Of a DNA stretch of 64,000 nucleotides, positions 18,732 to 28,899 are shown in pieces. Below the pieces are notes generated by a model, which worked only from the letters and a program-made list of their open reading frames with translations, made no database searches and was not told the DNA's origin. Source of the DNA: Candidatus Elulimicrobiales bacterium (GTDB taxonomy: Bacteria; Patescibacteriota; Minisyncoccia; Phycocordibacterales; UBA5272); contig JAYFPW010000006.1 in NCBI GenBank assembly GCA_034927475.1, forward strand, positions 9,197-73,196, in the 5' to 3' direction. Position 1 is the first letter of the stretch. Every line of letters begins with the position of its first letter. The translations under genes and the position numbers were made by a program.

Positions 18732-21143
18732 TTATTCAGCTGCACACTCTTTAATTGCTGAGGTTATTGCGGCTTGAATAGAAGTTTCGTCTTTACAGTG
18801 ATTTCTAAGTTCAAGGTCGTCAGTATTAGCTGACTGGGCACAAATATTTCTGATTGAAATTTCCGGAGATATACAAGGGTCTGGCTGGCCTTCTAGTGGA
18901 TCTGGAATTGGTTCATTATAATCTTTCAAGGAATCAGTAAGTATTTGTAGTTCTGCATTATTACAAATACCAATCTTTAGTTGGTTACAATAAGACAGTT
19001 CAGAAAAAGTTTTTGAGCTGCTAGAGTCTATCACAGCAGTATTTTTTGCGGAAGGTCTTGGTAAATTTGGATCCAAATACTCTAGATTTTTAATACCATA
19101 AGCTGAAAACATTCCTGTATCTTTTGCTGGAATTGTTGAAGGAGATCCCGCCTTTAAAGAATCTCTTAACATTAAGTATGCCCTAACTCTTAAGTACCCT
19201 AAAACGTGTTTTGTATAAGGTCCTTCCACTTCTCTTCTTGATGGAACATAATAGGAAGCGTCTTCTTCTATTGCTGCAACAGGGTCAGAAGTTAGTTCGG
19301 AGTATTCTGGAATATATTGCCAATCGGAGATAAGATATTCATAATCTTTTTCTGTATAAGCCCCATCCAAAGCTTGCGCTAAAGCTTCTTGATTATTTTG
19401 CGTATCAACATCTTTTGTGTCTCTTAAATCCATTAAAAGTTTTCTCATTTGTTGTTCGCGATAATTATTTTTTGCCATTTCTTTGATGAGATCTCTTGTT
19501 TCCATTGTTTGATTTACCAAAGCTACAGTTAATTTTTTTGCAGCGTCCGTCTTATTTGTAGCAGATTTTCGAATATTTTTACTTTTTCTAGGATAGAAAA
19601 TACTTTTCCAAAAACCTACATTCATAGCATCCTGTTGAGCATTTACGACGGCTGTTTTAGCTCTTTCTACAGAAGTTTTTAATACTAAGTAAGTATATGA
19701 ATTAGTGTTTAACCTTTCAGTATTTACTATTCTTATATTTTCATAAATATCTAAAGCTCTTTGCAAGTCATCTGAAGAATATTTTTCTGAACCAAAAGCA
19801 TACTCTCTTGAAGCTTCTTCTGTGCTAACCCAAAGAAGATTTTGAGTGTCTTGGGTTTTTTGTAAAGCACCTAGAGATGTTGCTAGTCCACTATAAGGGT
19901 TGTCATAAGGATTATTTGTCACGGCATAAATATCTTTTCTACCAACATTTATTATTGAGGAGATTAAGTTCATTGTATCAGCAGCGCCAGTAAGATCTCC
20001 ATTTTTTAATTTATTATGAATAGAGTCTAGTCTGGCTTTTATACTATCGTAAGGTGCGTTTGCAGCAGCGGAAACTTTTTCTTGCAAAACAGCACCACTT
20101 CCTTGAGCTGTAGAGGTTTGTTGAGAGCAGAATTGTGTAGCGTCTTCAGGGTTAAATTTTACCTCTTTACCATCTTTATCTACACATTTTTGGTCCCCTA
20201 AAAACATTCCTGTAGCTTCAGTTTGTTTTGATGTAGCGTCAACGACTTTATCTTTTTGGGCTAAAATATTAGAGATAGCTAAGTTAACAACCCCTGAAGG
20301 TGTGTTAGCTGGATTAGCAAGAGCTTCACTGGTTCTTGGTCCTCCATAGCCAGCGTTAGCTAAACCAATAAATACAGCTTGAGCTCTAGCGGCTTCTTTT
20401 TGTGGTTTTTGTAAACTAGTATTACATAATTTATCTATATCTACATCACCAACTGCTTTTTTTGGGCGAGCAAAAGTTTCTGGTTCTCCATTTTTTATTA
20501 TATTTTTTAATTCAGGACTATTACAAATTTCATCTTTTACTATATAAGGCAAACTAAAGTTTACGACTTTTCCTAAAGCTGTATCTGAAGTATTTTTTGT
20601 AAAATCAGCAATGTCTTTATAGATGTCTGCTGTGTATGGAGTCGTGTTTACCGTAAGTTGTATATTAGATAGACCCTTTTTAATTTCATTTACAGAAATC
20701 ATGTCTAAATAATTTCCAAAATTAGTTACAACTTGCTGACCTTGTGTATAAATGTTTGTAGCCTGATCTCTGGTTATTCCTAAATTAGTCATAACTGCAT
20801 CGCCGACACGATTAAGGACATCGCTAGAAGCATTTTTTGCAAAAGTCTCTGCGTCAAAATTTTTTATTCCTTGCACAAGTTGTTTTGCCGCTAAAGTGTT
20901 TTGGTAAATAACCATACTGTCATTTATAAGCTCTTTAGCTTGAACAGCTTTATCTGCTATCCATTTTGCTGTATCTTGACCAAAAATAGCCCCGAGTATT
21001 ACATCTCCAGTATCTCCTACACCTAAAAAAGCAGAAGCTTTTTTAGGTAATAAGCTAGGAGTCAAAAACGAAAAAATTAAAATCAGAGCCAATATTTTTT
21101 TAGAAATTTGTTTTATATTTATCATATTTTTATTTTTAGTCAT
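18732..21143 (-). CDS. Large secreted protein (candidate surface/pilus-associated component of T4SS-like system)
   Basis: 803 aa with a signal peptide (ILALILIFSFLTPSLLPKKASA) and a Cys-rich C-terminal ~80 aa. No enzymatic motif. Confidence 0.5.
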   Translation of the reverse strand: MTKNKNMINIKQISKKILALILIFSFLTPSLLPKKASAFLGVGDTGDVILGAIFGQDTAKWIADKAVQAKELINDSMVIYQNTLAAKQLVQGIKNFDAETFAKNASSDVLNRVGDAVMTNLGITRDQATNIYTQGQQVVTNFGNYLDMISVNEIKKGLSNIQLTVNTTPYTADIYKDIADFTKNTSDTALGKVVNFSLPYIVKDEICNSPELKNIIKNGEPETFARPKKAVGDVDIDKLCNTSLQKPQKEAARAQAVFIGLANAGYGGPRTSEALANPANTPSGVVNLAISNILAQKDKVVDATSKQTEATGMFLGDQKCVDKDGKEVKFNPEDATQFCSQQTSTAQGSGAVLQEKVSAAANAPYDSIKARLDSIHNKLKNGDLTGAADTMNLISSIINVGRKDIYAVTNNPYDNPYSGLATSLGALQKTQDTQNLLWVSTEEASREYAFGSEKYSSDDLQRALDIYENIRIVNTERLNTNSYTYLVLKTSVERAKTAVVNAQQDAMNVGFWKSIFYPRKSKNIRKSATNKTDAAKKLTVALVNQTMETRDLIKEMAKNNYREQQMRKLLMDLRDTKDVDTQNNQEALAQALDGAYTEKDYEYLISDWQYIPEYSELTSDPVAAIEEDASYYVPSRREVEGPYTKHVLGYLRVRAYLMLRDSLKAGSPSTIPAKDTGMFSAYGIKNLEYLDPNLPRPSAKNTAVIDSSSSKTFSELSYCNQLKIGICNNAELQILTDSLKDYNEPIPDPLEGQPDPCISPEISIRNICAQSANTDDLELRNHCKDETSIQAAITSAIKECAAE

Positions 21144-22022
21144 TTATCTCATTTTTACATTAAATTCATTAAAATAATTAAAGAATAAAAGAGCGGTATT
21201 GGAAAGTTCTTTTTGGAAATCTTCAGCAAAAAGATCCCCGTTAATTAGAATATATTTAGCTGGGTCAGCATCTATTTGCTGAATAGAGTTATAGTAAGCT
21301 ATATCTTTTGAAATTAAATTTATTAACTCGAGTTGATATGTTGCTCCTCTTTCTGTAGCTGGAATAGAAATTAAATTATTAATTAAAGTGTTGTTTATGT
21401 TTATATTCTTTTGCATCATATTTTTCATTTCTTCCCAAAGAGAAAGGAACGTATTTTCGTCTATAGAGGTTGCGTTAGAATATGAAGAGAAAGGGTTTTT
21501 GGGTAGCTTATTTAATTCTTGTCCATATATTTGAAAAGTATTATAAATATCGTCATAATACTCTTGTAAACTCTCTTTATTTTCTTCGCGGATAATATTT
21601 AAATTATCTAAAGTGTATTTTTTGCCTACAAGTTGTTCTTGATAATTAAAAATAATATCAGCCAAGATTTTTCCTCTAGCTGTAGGATCAGTCATTCCGT
21701 TTTGTTCTAAATAAAGATTAGTTAAATATAGAGATCTAGATAAATCTTCAGTTAAATTTGCATCAGTATTATTTGTATAATCTTTCCCCTCTTCTACAGT
21801 AGGGTTTAGGTTAATACCATAATCGGAAGCAATTTTTTGTATATCTAAATAGAATTTTCCATCTTTTTTCACATTCCCATACTTTGAATAGGAATTTGAA
21901 GTTAATATAATCATAACTATTGCCGCAATAACCCCTAAAGCATATAAATATATTTTTATATCTACTTTAGAAAGCTTGTCTCGCAAGTTATTCCAAAAAA
22001 CAGCAAGATTTTCATTTTTCAT
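21144..22022 (-). CDS. Bitopic membrane protein (first gene of T4SS-like operon; possibly VirB8-like)
   Basis: 292 aa with a single N-terminal TM (IYLYALGVIAAIVMIILT). The stop and start abut the next gene. Confidence 0.45.
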   Translation of the reverse strand: MKNENLAVFWNNLRDKLSKVDIKIYLYALGVIAAIVMIILTSNSYSKYGNVKKDGKFYLDIQKIASDYGINLNPTVEEGKDYTNNTDANLTEDLSRSLYLTNLYLEQNGMTDPTARGKILADIIFNYQEQLVGKKYTLDNLNIIREENKESLQEYYDDIYNTFQIYGQELNKLPKNPFSSYSNATSIDENTFLSLWEEMKNMMQKNININNTLINNLISIPATERGATYQLELINLISKDIAYYNSIQQIDADPAKYILINGDLFAEDFQKELSNTALLFFNYFNEFNVKMR

Positions 22023-22090
22023 ATTAATTAATAATTTTTAATAAGCTTAATTTACTAATTAATTTTAACATGAAAAACTAGAGAAATTAT

Positions 22091-22876
22091 TTAGATTAGT
22101 TCTTTTGTAATATTTAAAAATGACTCTATTTCTAAATCTTCCGCTCTCACTTTTTTATCTAAACCTAGTTTTTCAAAAATTTTATCCCAATCCTGCTCAG
22201 AATATTCTTTTTTTAAGTTATTCAACATAACTTTTCTTTTATGAGAGAATGATTTTTTGATTAATTTAAAATATCTTTCTTCAAACTCTTTTTTAAAAAC
22301 AACATTATTATCAGTTTCAATTTTTAAAACAGCGCTATCAACTTTTGGTTTTGGAAAAAAACTTCCAGCAGATACTTTATAAATAATTTTTGGATTTCCG
22401 TAAAATTTAACAGCCAAAGAAAGTATGGATTCTTTTTTGTCACGTGCGACTATCCTTTCAGCCACTTCTTTTTGTACTAAAAGCACAAGTTTTTCTGGTT
22501 TTTTAGTTGCAGATAAAAATTTTTCTATAATCATTCCGGTAATATAGTAAGGAATATTGGCTATAAGTTTATAAGAGTCTTTTTTAAACAGCTTTTCTAT
22601 TTCAAAATCCAAAATATCCCCTTCTATTAAAATTAGGCGACTAGTTTTTATTTCTTCTATAAATTTTTCAGTAAGAAAAGGTATTAATTTCTTATCTTTT
22701 TCTATAGCAATAATTTTCTTTGCTGAACTTTTTAAAAGCTCTTCAGTTAAAGCCCCTTTTCCTGGTCCGATTTCAAGAATAGTATCTCTCTCTTCAATAT
22801 CTCCAGCTTTTACAATTTCAAAAATCGCCTTTTTATTAGTTAGAAAATTTTGACCAAGAGATTTTTTAGGTTTCAT
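22091..22876 (-). CDS. rsmA: 16S rRNA (adenine1518/1519-N6)-dimethyltransferase
   Basis: LGQNFL, EIGPGKGALT SAM-binding motif; 261 aa. Confidence 0.9.
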   Translation of the reverse strand: MKPKKSLGQNFLTNKKAIFEIVKAGDIEERDTILEIGPGKGALTEELLKSSAKKIIAIEKDKKLIPFLTEKFIEEIKTSRLILIEGDILDFEIEKLFKKDSYKLIANIPYYITGMIIEKFLSATKKPEKLVLLVQKEVAERIVARDKKESILSLAVKFYGNPKIIYKVSAGSFFPKPKVDSAVLKIETDNNVVFKKEFEERYFKLIKKSFSHKRKVMLNNLKKEYSEQDWDKIFEKLGLDKKVRAEDLEIESFLNITKELI

Positions 22877-22892
22877 TTTTATGATTTTAGCA

Positions 22893-24929
22893 CTAAATTT
22901 CTAAAAAGTCTTCTTCCCATTCGTCATCGGCAAATTCCCAATTTTTCTTTTTTGGTTTAAAAAAATTAGTTTCTGGATCACTTTGATAATAAATATCGTG
23001 GTAAATAACCTGTTCTTCTTTAAGCTCATTCACATCTTCTAAAAATTCACTAGGAATATTAATTCTCTTTTCGCCATAAATTGTTCTCATTTCTGCAAAA
23101 CAAAGATATAGTTTTTTCTTGGCTCTAGTGATGGCAACATAAAAAAGTCTTCTTTCCTCTTCTGTTTCCTCTAAACTTTTTTTACTATTACCGATATCTA
23201 TATGAGGAAATAGATCTTGCTCAAGTCCAGCGACAAAAACATAATCAAACTCCAAACCTTTCGCTGCGTGTATAGTCATAAGCCTTACACCATCTTTAGC
23301 CCCCTCCTCATCCTGATCACTTTTTAAAGAAGTTTCATCAATAAATATTTCAAAAGCTTCGAATGATGGTAAATCGTCAAACTTTTTTGTAATAGTCACA
23401 AGTTCTCTTACATTTTCCAATCTTTCTTTATCCTCACTAGATCCATTTAAAAGCTCCTCTTCAATACCGGAGTCTTTAATTATGCTCATGATTATTTCTG
23501 AAAGATTTTTTCTATTATTCTCTATGTCGTCTTTTATTTTATCTAAAAATTCATAAAGAGAGTGAATTTTTTGTAGAGTAGAAGCGGAGATCGAGCTCAT
23601 ATCTCCGGCAAAAACTTTAGCGATACTAGCTTTACCAATTCCCCTTTTCGGAGTTTCAAAAACTCTTTTTAAATCTGCTAAATTATTTCTATTTAAGCTA
23701 ACCCTTAAATAGCTCATCACATCTTTTATTTCTTTTCTTTCAAAGAATTTTGTACCAAGCAAGTTGTAAGCTATATTATTTTTAATAAAATATTCTTCTA
23801 AAATTCTAGATTGAAAATTTGTTCTAAAAAGTACAGCTATATCTTTTAAATCTACACCTTTTTCTCTCACAAGTTCTTTAATTTTTTGTACTATAAAATC
23901 AGCTTCAGCTTTTTCATCAAAAGTTGGACAAATTTCTATTTCGTCCCCAGTACTTTTATTTGTAAAAAGATTTTTTGGAAATCTAGCTTTATTTTTTTGA
24001 ATAGAAACATTGGCTAAATCTAAAATATTTTTAGTCGATCGATAGTTTTCTTCTAAAAGTACAACTTTTCCATCTGGAAAATCTTTTTCAAAATTTAAAA
24101 TATTTCTTAAATTGGCACCACGCCAAGAATAAATATTTTGATCAATATCTCCTACGACGCAGATATTTTTTTCCTCAGTATTTAGTAGTTCTTTTATAAG
24201 CTCGTATTGAGAATTGTTTGTATCCTGATATTCGTCTATATGAATGTATCTAAATTTATCTTGATAGTATTTTTTTGCTTCAGAATTTGTCTTAAAAAGT
24301 TCAATAGTTTTTATGATTAAATCATCAAAATCAACAGAACCTTGCTTAATAAGTTCTTTTTCATAAAGCCTCCAGACTTTTTCAATAATCTCCATATTGT
24401 AACTAGAAACTTTTTTGGCATAGTCATCGACCGTTTGCCAAGAAGTTTTTTCTCTACTGATTGCATTTCTAATTTTTGTAGCATCATGAAGTTTTGGATC
24501 TAAGCCAAGCTCATTTAAAAGACTTTTGATAACTTGATTCGTATCGGAAGTGTCTAAAACTGTAAGATTTTTTGTAAAGCCAAACTCTTTTCCAAATTGT
24601 CGTAGAATAGAAAGCCCTAAAGAGTGAAAAGTTTTTATAGTTGGTAAATTCTGATTTAGCCAAATATTTTTTTCGTATTTTTCTATAAGATTTTCTTCGT
24701 TTAAGCGAGACAAAACTCTTTCCAACATTTCTTTCGCGGCTTTATTGGTAAAAGTGACACAGAGTATATTTTTTGGTTCTACTCCGTCTTTAATTATTTT
24801 AACTACTCTTTCAGTAATGGTTTTTGTTTTTCCAGCTCCAGCTCCAGCCAAAATTAAAAGCGGACCTTTTGTAGTTTGTACCGCTTCTAACTGTTTTTCG
24901 TTTAGTAAGATTTTCTCCATAAAAGACAT
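22893..24929 (-). CDS. uvrD: UvrD/PcrA-family ATP-dependent DNA helicase
   Basis: Walker A AGAGAGKTKT, and the helicase motifs HIDEYQDTN and TIHAAKGLEFD. Confidence 0.9.
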   Translation of the reverse strand: MSFMEKILLNEKQLEAVQTTKGPLLILAGAGAGKTKTITERVVKIIKDGVEPKNILCVTFTNKAAKEMLERVLSRLNEENLIEKYEKNIWLNQNLPTIKTFHSLGLSILRQFGKEFGFTKNLTVLDTSDTNQVIKSLLNELGLDPKLHDATKIRNAISREKTSWQTVDDYAKKVSSYNMEIIEKVWRLYEKELIKQGSVDFDDLIIKTIELFKTNSEAKKYYQDKFRYIHIDEYQDTNNSQYELIKELLNTEEKNICVVGDIDQNIYSWRGANLRNILNFEKDFPDGKVVLLEENYRSTKNILDLANVSIQKNKARFPKNLFTNKSTGDEIEICPTFDEKAEADFIVQKIKELVREKGVDLKDIAVLFRTNFQSRILEEYFIKNNIAYNLLGTKFFERKEIKDVMSYLRVSLNRNNLADLKRVFETPKRGIGKASIAKVFAGDMSSISASTLQKIHSLYEFLDKIKDDIENNRKNLSEIIMSIIKDSGIEEELLNGSSEDKERLENVRELVTITKKFDDLPSFEAFEIFIDETSLKSDQDEEGAKDGVRLMTIHAAKGLEFDYVFVAGLEQDLFPHIDIGNSKKSLEETEEERRLFYVAITRAKKKLYLCFAEMRTIYGEKRINIPSEFLEDVNELKEEQVIYHDIYYQSDPETNFFKPKKKNWEFADDEWEEDFLEI

Positions 24930-24957
24930 TCTAACATGAAGAGAATTCTTTCAAAAA

Positions 24958-26004
24958 TTAATTCTTTTTTTCGTATTCTTTTCTATAAATTCTTTTTAGA
25001 AAATGTTTTATGGTCTCATCTTTTTTAGGCTCAGTGTCAAAATCATCAACTAAATCTTTTAAAATATCAAGCATTTTTTCTCTATCTTTTTCATCTACAC
25101 CTTCAAGCTCTTTCTTATCTTTCAAAAAATCTTTAGCATTTAAATTCTCTAAAGAGCTTAGGAAAATATTTTTCTTAAAAAGAAAACCGTTTCTTTCAAA
25201 TTTATCTACAATCTTTTTAATTTTTTCTTTTACGTATTTTTCTTTTTTATCGTATTCTGGCTCTTCTTTTTCACACTTATCACTATATTTTTCCTTGTTT
25301 TCCTCTAGTTTTGCTTTTTCTTTATCTTCATCATACTCCTCATTTTCATCTTCATTCTCTTCTTTTAATTCTCTTTCTCTTTCATTTTTTTTCTCTTCTT
25401 TTTCTTCCGCTTCTTCCTCCTCTATCTCCACTTCTTCTTTTTCTTCTTTAATATTTTTAGATAAATTTAAAGTATAGTCTTTCTCAGTAATTTCTGAATG
25501 TATTTCTCTTTTTTCACTCTCTTCTTTTTCTATTTTATTTTCTGAAATAGAATAAACCTCCAAATCTTTTATTCGACTCTCCATTTGTTCAAGAACAGAA
25601 TTTAACTCCGAGAGTTTTAAATTTATTTTCTCTTGTATATTTTCTTCAGAAACGGATAAATTTTCATTTTGTAGTAAAAGATTATTATTTAAATTTTCTT
25701 CTAAGTCTTCAATTTTTTTGTCTAGAGACTTTTGGAGTTTTTCAAATTCTCCAGAAATTTCTGTGCTAGCAATTTCGGCGAATTTTCGAATTTCTTCCCC
25801 CACAATTCTTTTGCTGACTTTTTGTATTTTGGAATCTAAAAGATTATCACTTTCTTCTCGACTTTTATTAGACAAAGAGAGTGTATTTCTAGTTTCTTCA
25901 GAATCGCTCGACGCTCTTTTTGCAATACGTCTCCTTACATCTTCAAGATTTTCAACATCTTTTTTTATGTAAGGGCTTTTTATATCCAATTTGTCGTTAT
26001 ACAT
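24958..26004 (-). CDS. Highly acidic E/K-rich coiled-coil protein
   Basis: 348 aa of low-complexity charged repeats. Coding potential is supported by length and codon periodicity only. Confidence 0.4.
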   Translation of the reverse strand: MYNDKLDIKSPYIKKDVENLEDVRRRIAKRASSDSEETRNTLSLSNKSREESDNLLDSKIQKVSKRIVGEEIRKFAEIASTEISGEFEKLQKSLDKKIEDLEENLNNNLLLQNENLSVSEENIQEKINLKLSELNSVLEQMESRIKDLEVYSISENKIEKEESEKREIHSEITEKDYTLNLSKNIKEEKEEVEIEEEEAEEKEEKKNERERELKEENEDENEEYDEDKEKAKLEENKEKYSDKCEKEEPEYDKKEKYVKEKIKKIVDKFERNGFLFKKNIFLSSLENLNAKDFLKDKKELEGVDEKDREKMLDILKDLVDDFDTEPKKDETIKHFLKRIYRKEYEKKN

Positions 26005-26119
26005 ATTTTTAAGAAATAATAATCAATAAATAAACTAATAAAAAGTTTTTTCTTATAGAAATTATAACATAATAGCTTTGTTTATTTATGGTTCACCTTT
26101 TGCTTGCGTTATGTTATAA

Positions 26120-27268
26120 TTGTTATTACCAAAAAGACGGACTATTTCCCTTCGGGGATCAGTCAACAGAACAAGTCAAAGACGACAAAAAAGACTGAAA
26201 TTGCTTGTTCAAATGTTTATGAAAAAAAATAAAACGATAAAGAAAACTTTTTATCCCCCATTCTTACTTTTGGCGGTTTTTATTTTGGTCTTTGGTTTTA
26301 TCCACAAGGCTGACGCGTCTATTTTTAGCGGAATGCTAAGTCTTTTTACTAAAGAAAAAAATATCAATAATATTGAATCTGTTGATGTGACCCCTTTTCT
26401 CCTTCGTCCTAGTTTAGCTAAAGCTTCTTCTTCGCTAAATGAAGTTCCAGACACTTTGGATATAGAAAAAGATGGAGCGCTTAGAGTTCAATCTGGATCG
26501 ATGCGTGTTTCTACAGAAAAAGAAAAAGTCGTCGACGGAACCATTAGCGTCTATGAAGTAAAATCTGGGGACACTTTAGATACTATAGCTAAACTTTTTA
26601 ATGTTAATAAGAATACTATTATCTGGGCAAATGATTTGTCTGGTAAAACTATAAAATCTGGCGACACGCTTCTTATTTTCCCTATGGACGGAATTCAATA
26701 CACAGTTAAAAATTCTGGAACAATAGAAGATATTGCTAAAAAATATAAAGTAGATGCAGTCGAAGTCGCTGCTTACAACGGTATGACTATAGATACTAAA
26801 CTTGGCAAAGGAGATACTTTGTTTATTCCAGATGCCGAAGCTGAGATTAAAGTTGCTGCAAAACCTGCAAATAAAAAGAATAATACAAGTAAGCCAGTTT
26901 ATAAAACTAATGCTACAAATGGTTACTTTATGATGCCGGTAGTTGGTTGTGTTCGAACACAAGGTCTTCATGGTCCATATAGTACTGCTGTAGACTATGG
27001 ATGTAGGATAGGGACTCAAACTGTTGCAGCTGCAGCTGGTACAGTCTTGAGGGCTACCGCTGAAGGATATAATGGTGGATATGGAGGAGTCATTATTATT
27101 TCACATCCAAATAAAACCCAAACAATTTATTCTCATATGGATACCGTTAGTGTTTCAGTAGGACAAAGTGTAGAACAAGGACAAGTAATCGGAACAACTG
27201 GGAACACTGGACGTTCTACTGGCCCACATCTTCACTTTGAAACTCGTGGTACCGGAAATCCATTCTAG
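26120..27268 (+). CDS. LysM-domain M23 (lysostaphin-type) peptidoglycan endopeptidase
   Basis: TM/signal, LysM (VKSGDTLDTIAKLFNV), and a C-terminal M23 motif (TGNTGRSTGPHLHFE). The true start is probably an internal Met (MFMKKNK). Confidence 0.8.
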   Translation: MLLPKRRTISLRGSVNRTSQRRQKRLKLLVQMFMKKNKTIKKTFYPPFLLLAVFILVFGFIHKADASIFSGMLSLFTKEKNINNIESVDVTPFLLRPSLAKASSSLNEVPDTLDIEKDGALRVQSGSMRVSTEKEKVVDGTISVYEVKSGDTLDTIAKLFNVNKNTIIWANDLSGKTIKSGDTLLIFPMDGIQYTVKNSGTIEDIAKKYKVDAVEVAAYNGMTIDTKLGKGDTLFIPDAEAEIKVAAKPANKKNNTSKPVYKTNATNGYFMMPVVGCVRTQGLHGPYSTAVDYGCRIGTQTVAAAAGTVLRATAEGYNGGYGGVIIISHPNKTQTIYSHMDTVSVSVGQSVEQGQVIGTTGNTGRSTGPHLHFETRGTGNPF

Positions 27269-27289
27269 ATTAAAGCTAAAGAAGCTATA

Positions 27290-27324
27290 AAATCACCCTT
27301 AAGAAATAAGGGTGATTTTATTTT
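27290..27324. terminator. Bidirectional rho-independent terminator
   Basis: ATCACCCTTaagaaatAAGGGTGAT plus a T-run, between the convergent M23 and comM genes. Confidence 0.6.
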
Positions 27325-27333
27325 AGAGGGCAA

Positions 27334-28893
27334 TTAATTTACTTTTGGTCTATATTGAAGAGCCTCTAAAATATGCCCCAACTCTATAGTGTCTTTTTCT
27401 TCCAAATCAGCAATAGTTCTAGCTACACGAAGAATACGATGATAAGCTCTTGGAGATAAGTGAAGTTTGGTAGCATAGATATCAAGCTCCTTTTTAATTT
27501 TTGGATCGAGTTCTGCAAAGATACTTATATCTTTAGAGCTCATGTCTCTATTTATTTCTATTCTTTCATTACAGTTTTCAAAACGGCATTTCATTTTTTC
27601 TCTAGCTTTTAAAATTCTTTCTTTAAAGATTAAACTACTTTCACCGTCTTTTTCTTTAGAACCAAGTTGTTCATAAGAGATATTTGAAACATTAACCCAC
27701 ATATCTATTCTATCCATAATTGGTCCAGAAAGTCTTCTTTCGTATCTTGCTATATCGTTTGGTGTACAAATACATTTTTTATCTTTATTTCCCCTATTAC
27801 CACAAGGGCATGGATTCATAGCAGCAATTAAAATAAATTTTGCTGGAAATTTTTCTGTACCTTTGGCTCTGGAAATAGAAACGTGCCCTTCTTCGAGTGG
27901 CTCACGAAGAGCTTCTATACTTTTTCTTTCAAACTCTGGAAATTCATCTAAAAATAAAACTCCTCCATGGGCTAATGTTACTTCTCCAGGTTTAGGAATA
28001 GATCCTCCACCAACCAGAGACACATAGCTGGAAGTGTGATGTGGAGAGCGAAAAGGGGCTTCTAATATTAAATTTGTATTTACTAAATCTCCAGAACCAG
28101 CTATAGAGTGAATCTTTGTAACCTCTAAAATATTTTTATAATTTAAATGTGGAAGTAAAGATCTAGTTGCTCTAGCTAACATAGTTTTTCCAGTCCCCGG
28201 TGGTCCATAGAGAGCGATATTGTGTCCACCTGCAGCAGCAATTAAAAGCGCTCTTTTAGCTACAGCTTGCCCCTTAATATCTTGCATATCAATATCAATT
28301 TTAAGTTCAGAAGATTTTTCTATAAATAAACTTATATCAGTTGGCTTTTGTTTCTCTAATCTCTTTTTCCCAGATAAATGATTAATAACTTCTTCTAAAG
28401 TTTCTACGCCATAAACATTTAAGTTTTGAATTAAAGCAGCTTCTTCCGCGTTTTCTTTTGGTAAAAATATATTTTTTAAATTATTATTTTCTGCTAATTC
28501 TGCAATAGCTAAAGCCCCTTTTAATTTTGCTAAATGTCCTTTTAGAGATAATTCGCCAACAAATAAAGATTCATTTAATTCTTTTTCTGCCACTAGAATT
28601 TCTTTGTTGGCTATTAAGTAAGATAGGGCTATCGGTAAATCAAAACCTGAACCTTCTTTCTTTAAATCTCCCGGCGCTAAAGAAACAGTGGTTCTTTGAT
28701 TAACTTGTTTTGGATTAGTAAAACCAGCATTTCTCAAAGCTGAACATACTCTATCTTTACTTTCATCGATCGCTTTATCCCCAAGACCAATTAAAGAAAA
28801 AGCGTTTATGCCTCTCCCGATATCACATTCCACTTTTATTAAGTAAGCTTTTAATCCTATAACCAAACTTGATTTAATAGAAGCAAAAGACAT
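27334..28893 (-). CDS. comM: YifB/ComM-family Mg-chelatase-like AAA+ ATPase
   Basis: Walker A LYGPPGTGKTML, an N-terminal Lon-like domain, and a C-terminal ChlI-like domain; 519 aa. Confidence 0.9.
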   Translation of the reverse strand: MSFASIKSSLVIGLKAYLIKVECDIGRGINAFSLIGLGDKAIDESKDRVCSALRNAGFTNPKQVNQRTTVSLAPGDLKKEGSGFDLPIALSYLIANKEILVAEKELNESLFVGELSLKGHLAKLKGALAIAELAENNNLKNIFLPKENAEEAALIQNLNVYGVETLEEVINHLSGKKRLEKQKPTDISLFIEKSSELKIDIDMQDIKGQAVAKRALLIAAAGGHNIALYGPPGTGKTMLARATRSLLPHLNYKNILEVTKIHSIAGSGDLVNTNLILEAPFRSPHHTSSYVSLVGGGSIPKPGEVTLAHGGVLFLDEFPEFERKSIEALREPLEEGHVSISRAKGTEKFPAKFILIAAMNPCPCGNRGNKDKKCICTPNDIARYERRLSGPIMDRIDMWVNVSNISYEQLGSKEKDGESSLIFKERILKAREKMKCRFENCNERIEINRDMSSKDISIFAELDPKIKKELDIYATKLHLSPRAYHRILRVARTIADLEEKDTIELGHILEALQYRPKVN

Positions 28894-28899
28894 AGAAAG

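Noticed and set aside
25010-25477. 155-aa Ser/Phe-rich plus-strand ORF
   Set aside because: Antisense to the acidic coiled-coil gene. Homopolymeric codon artefact of an E/K-rich gene on the other strand.
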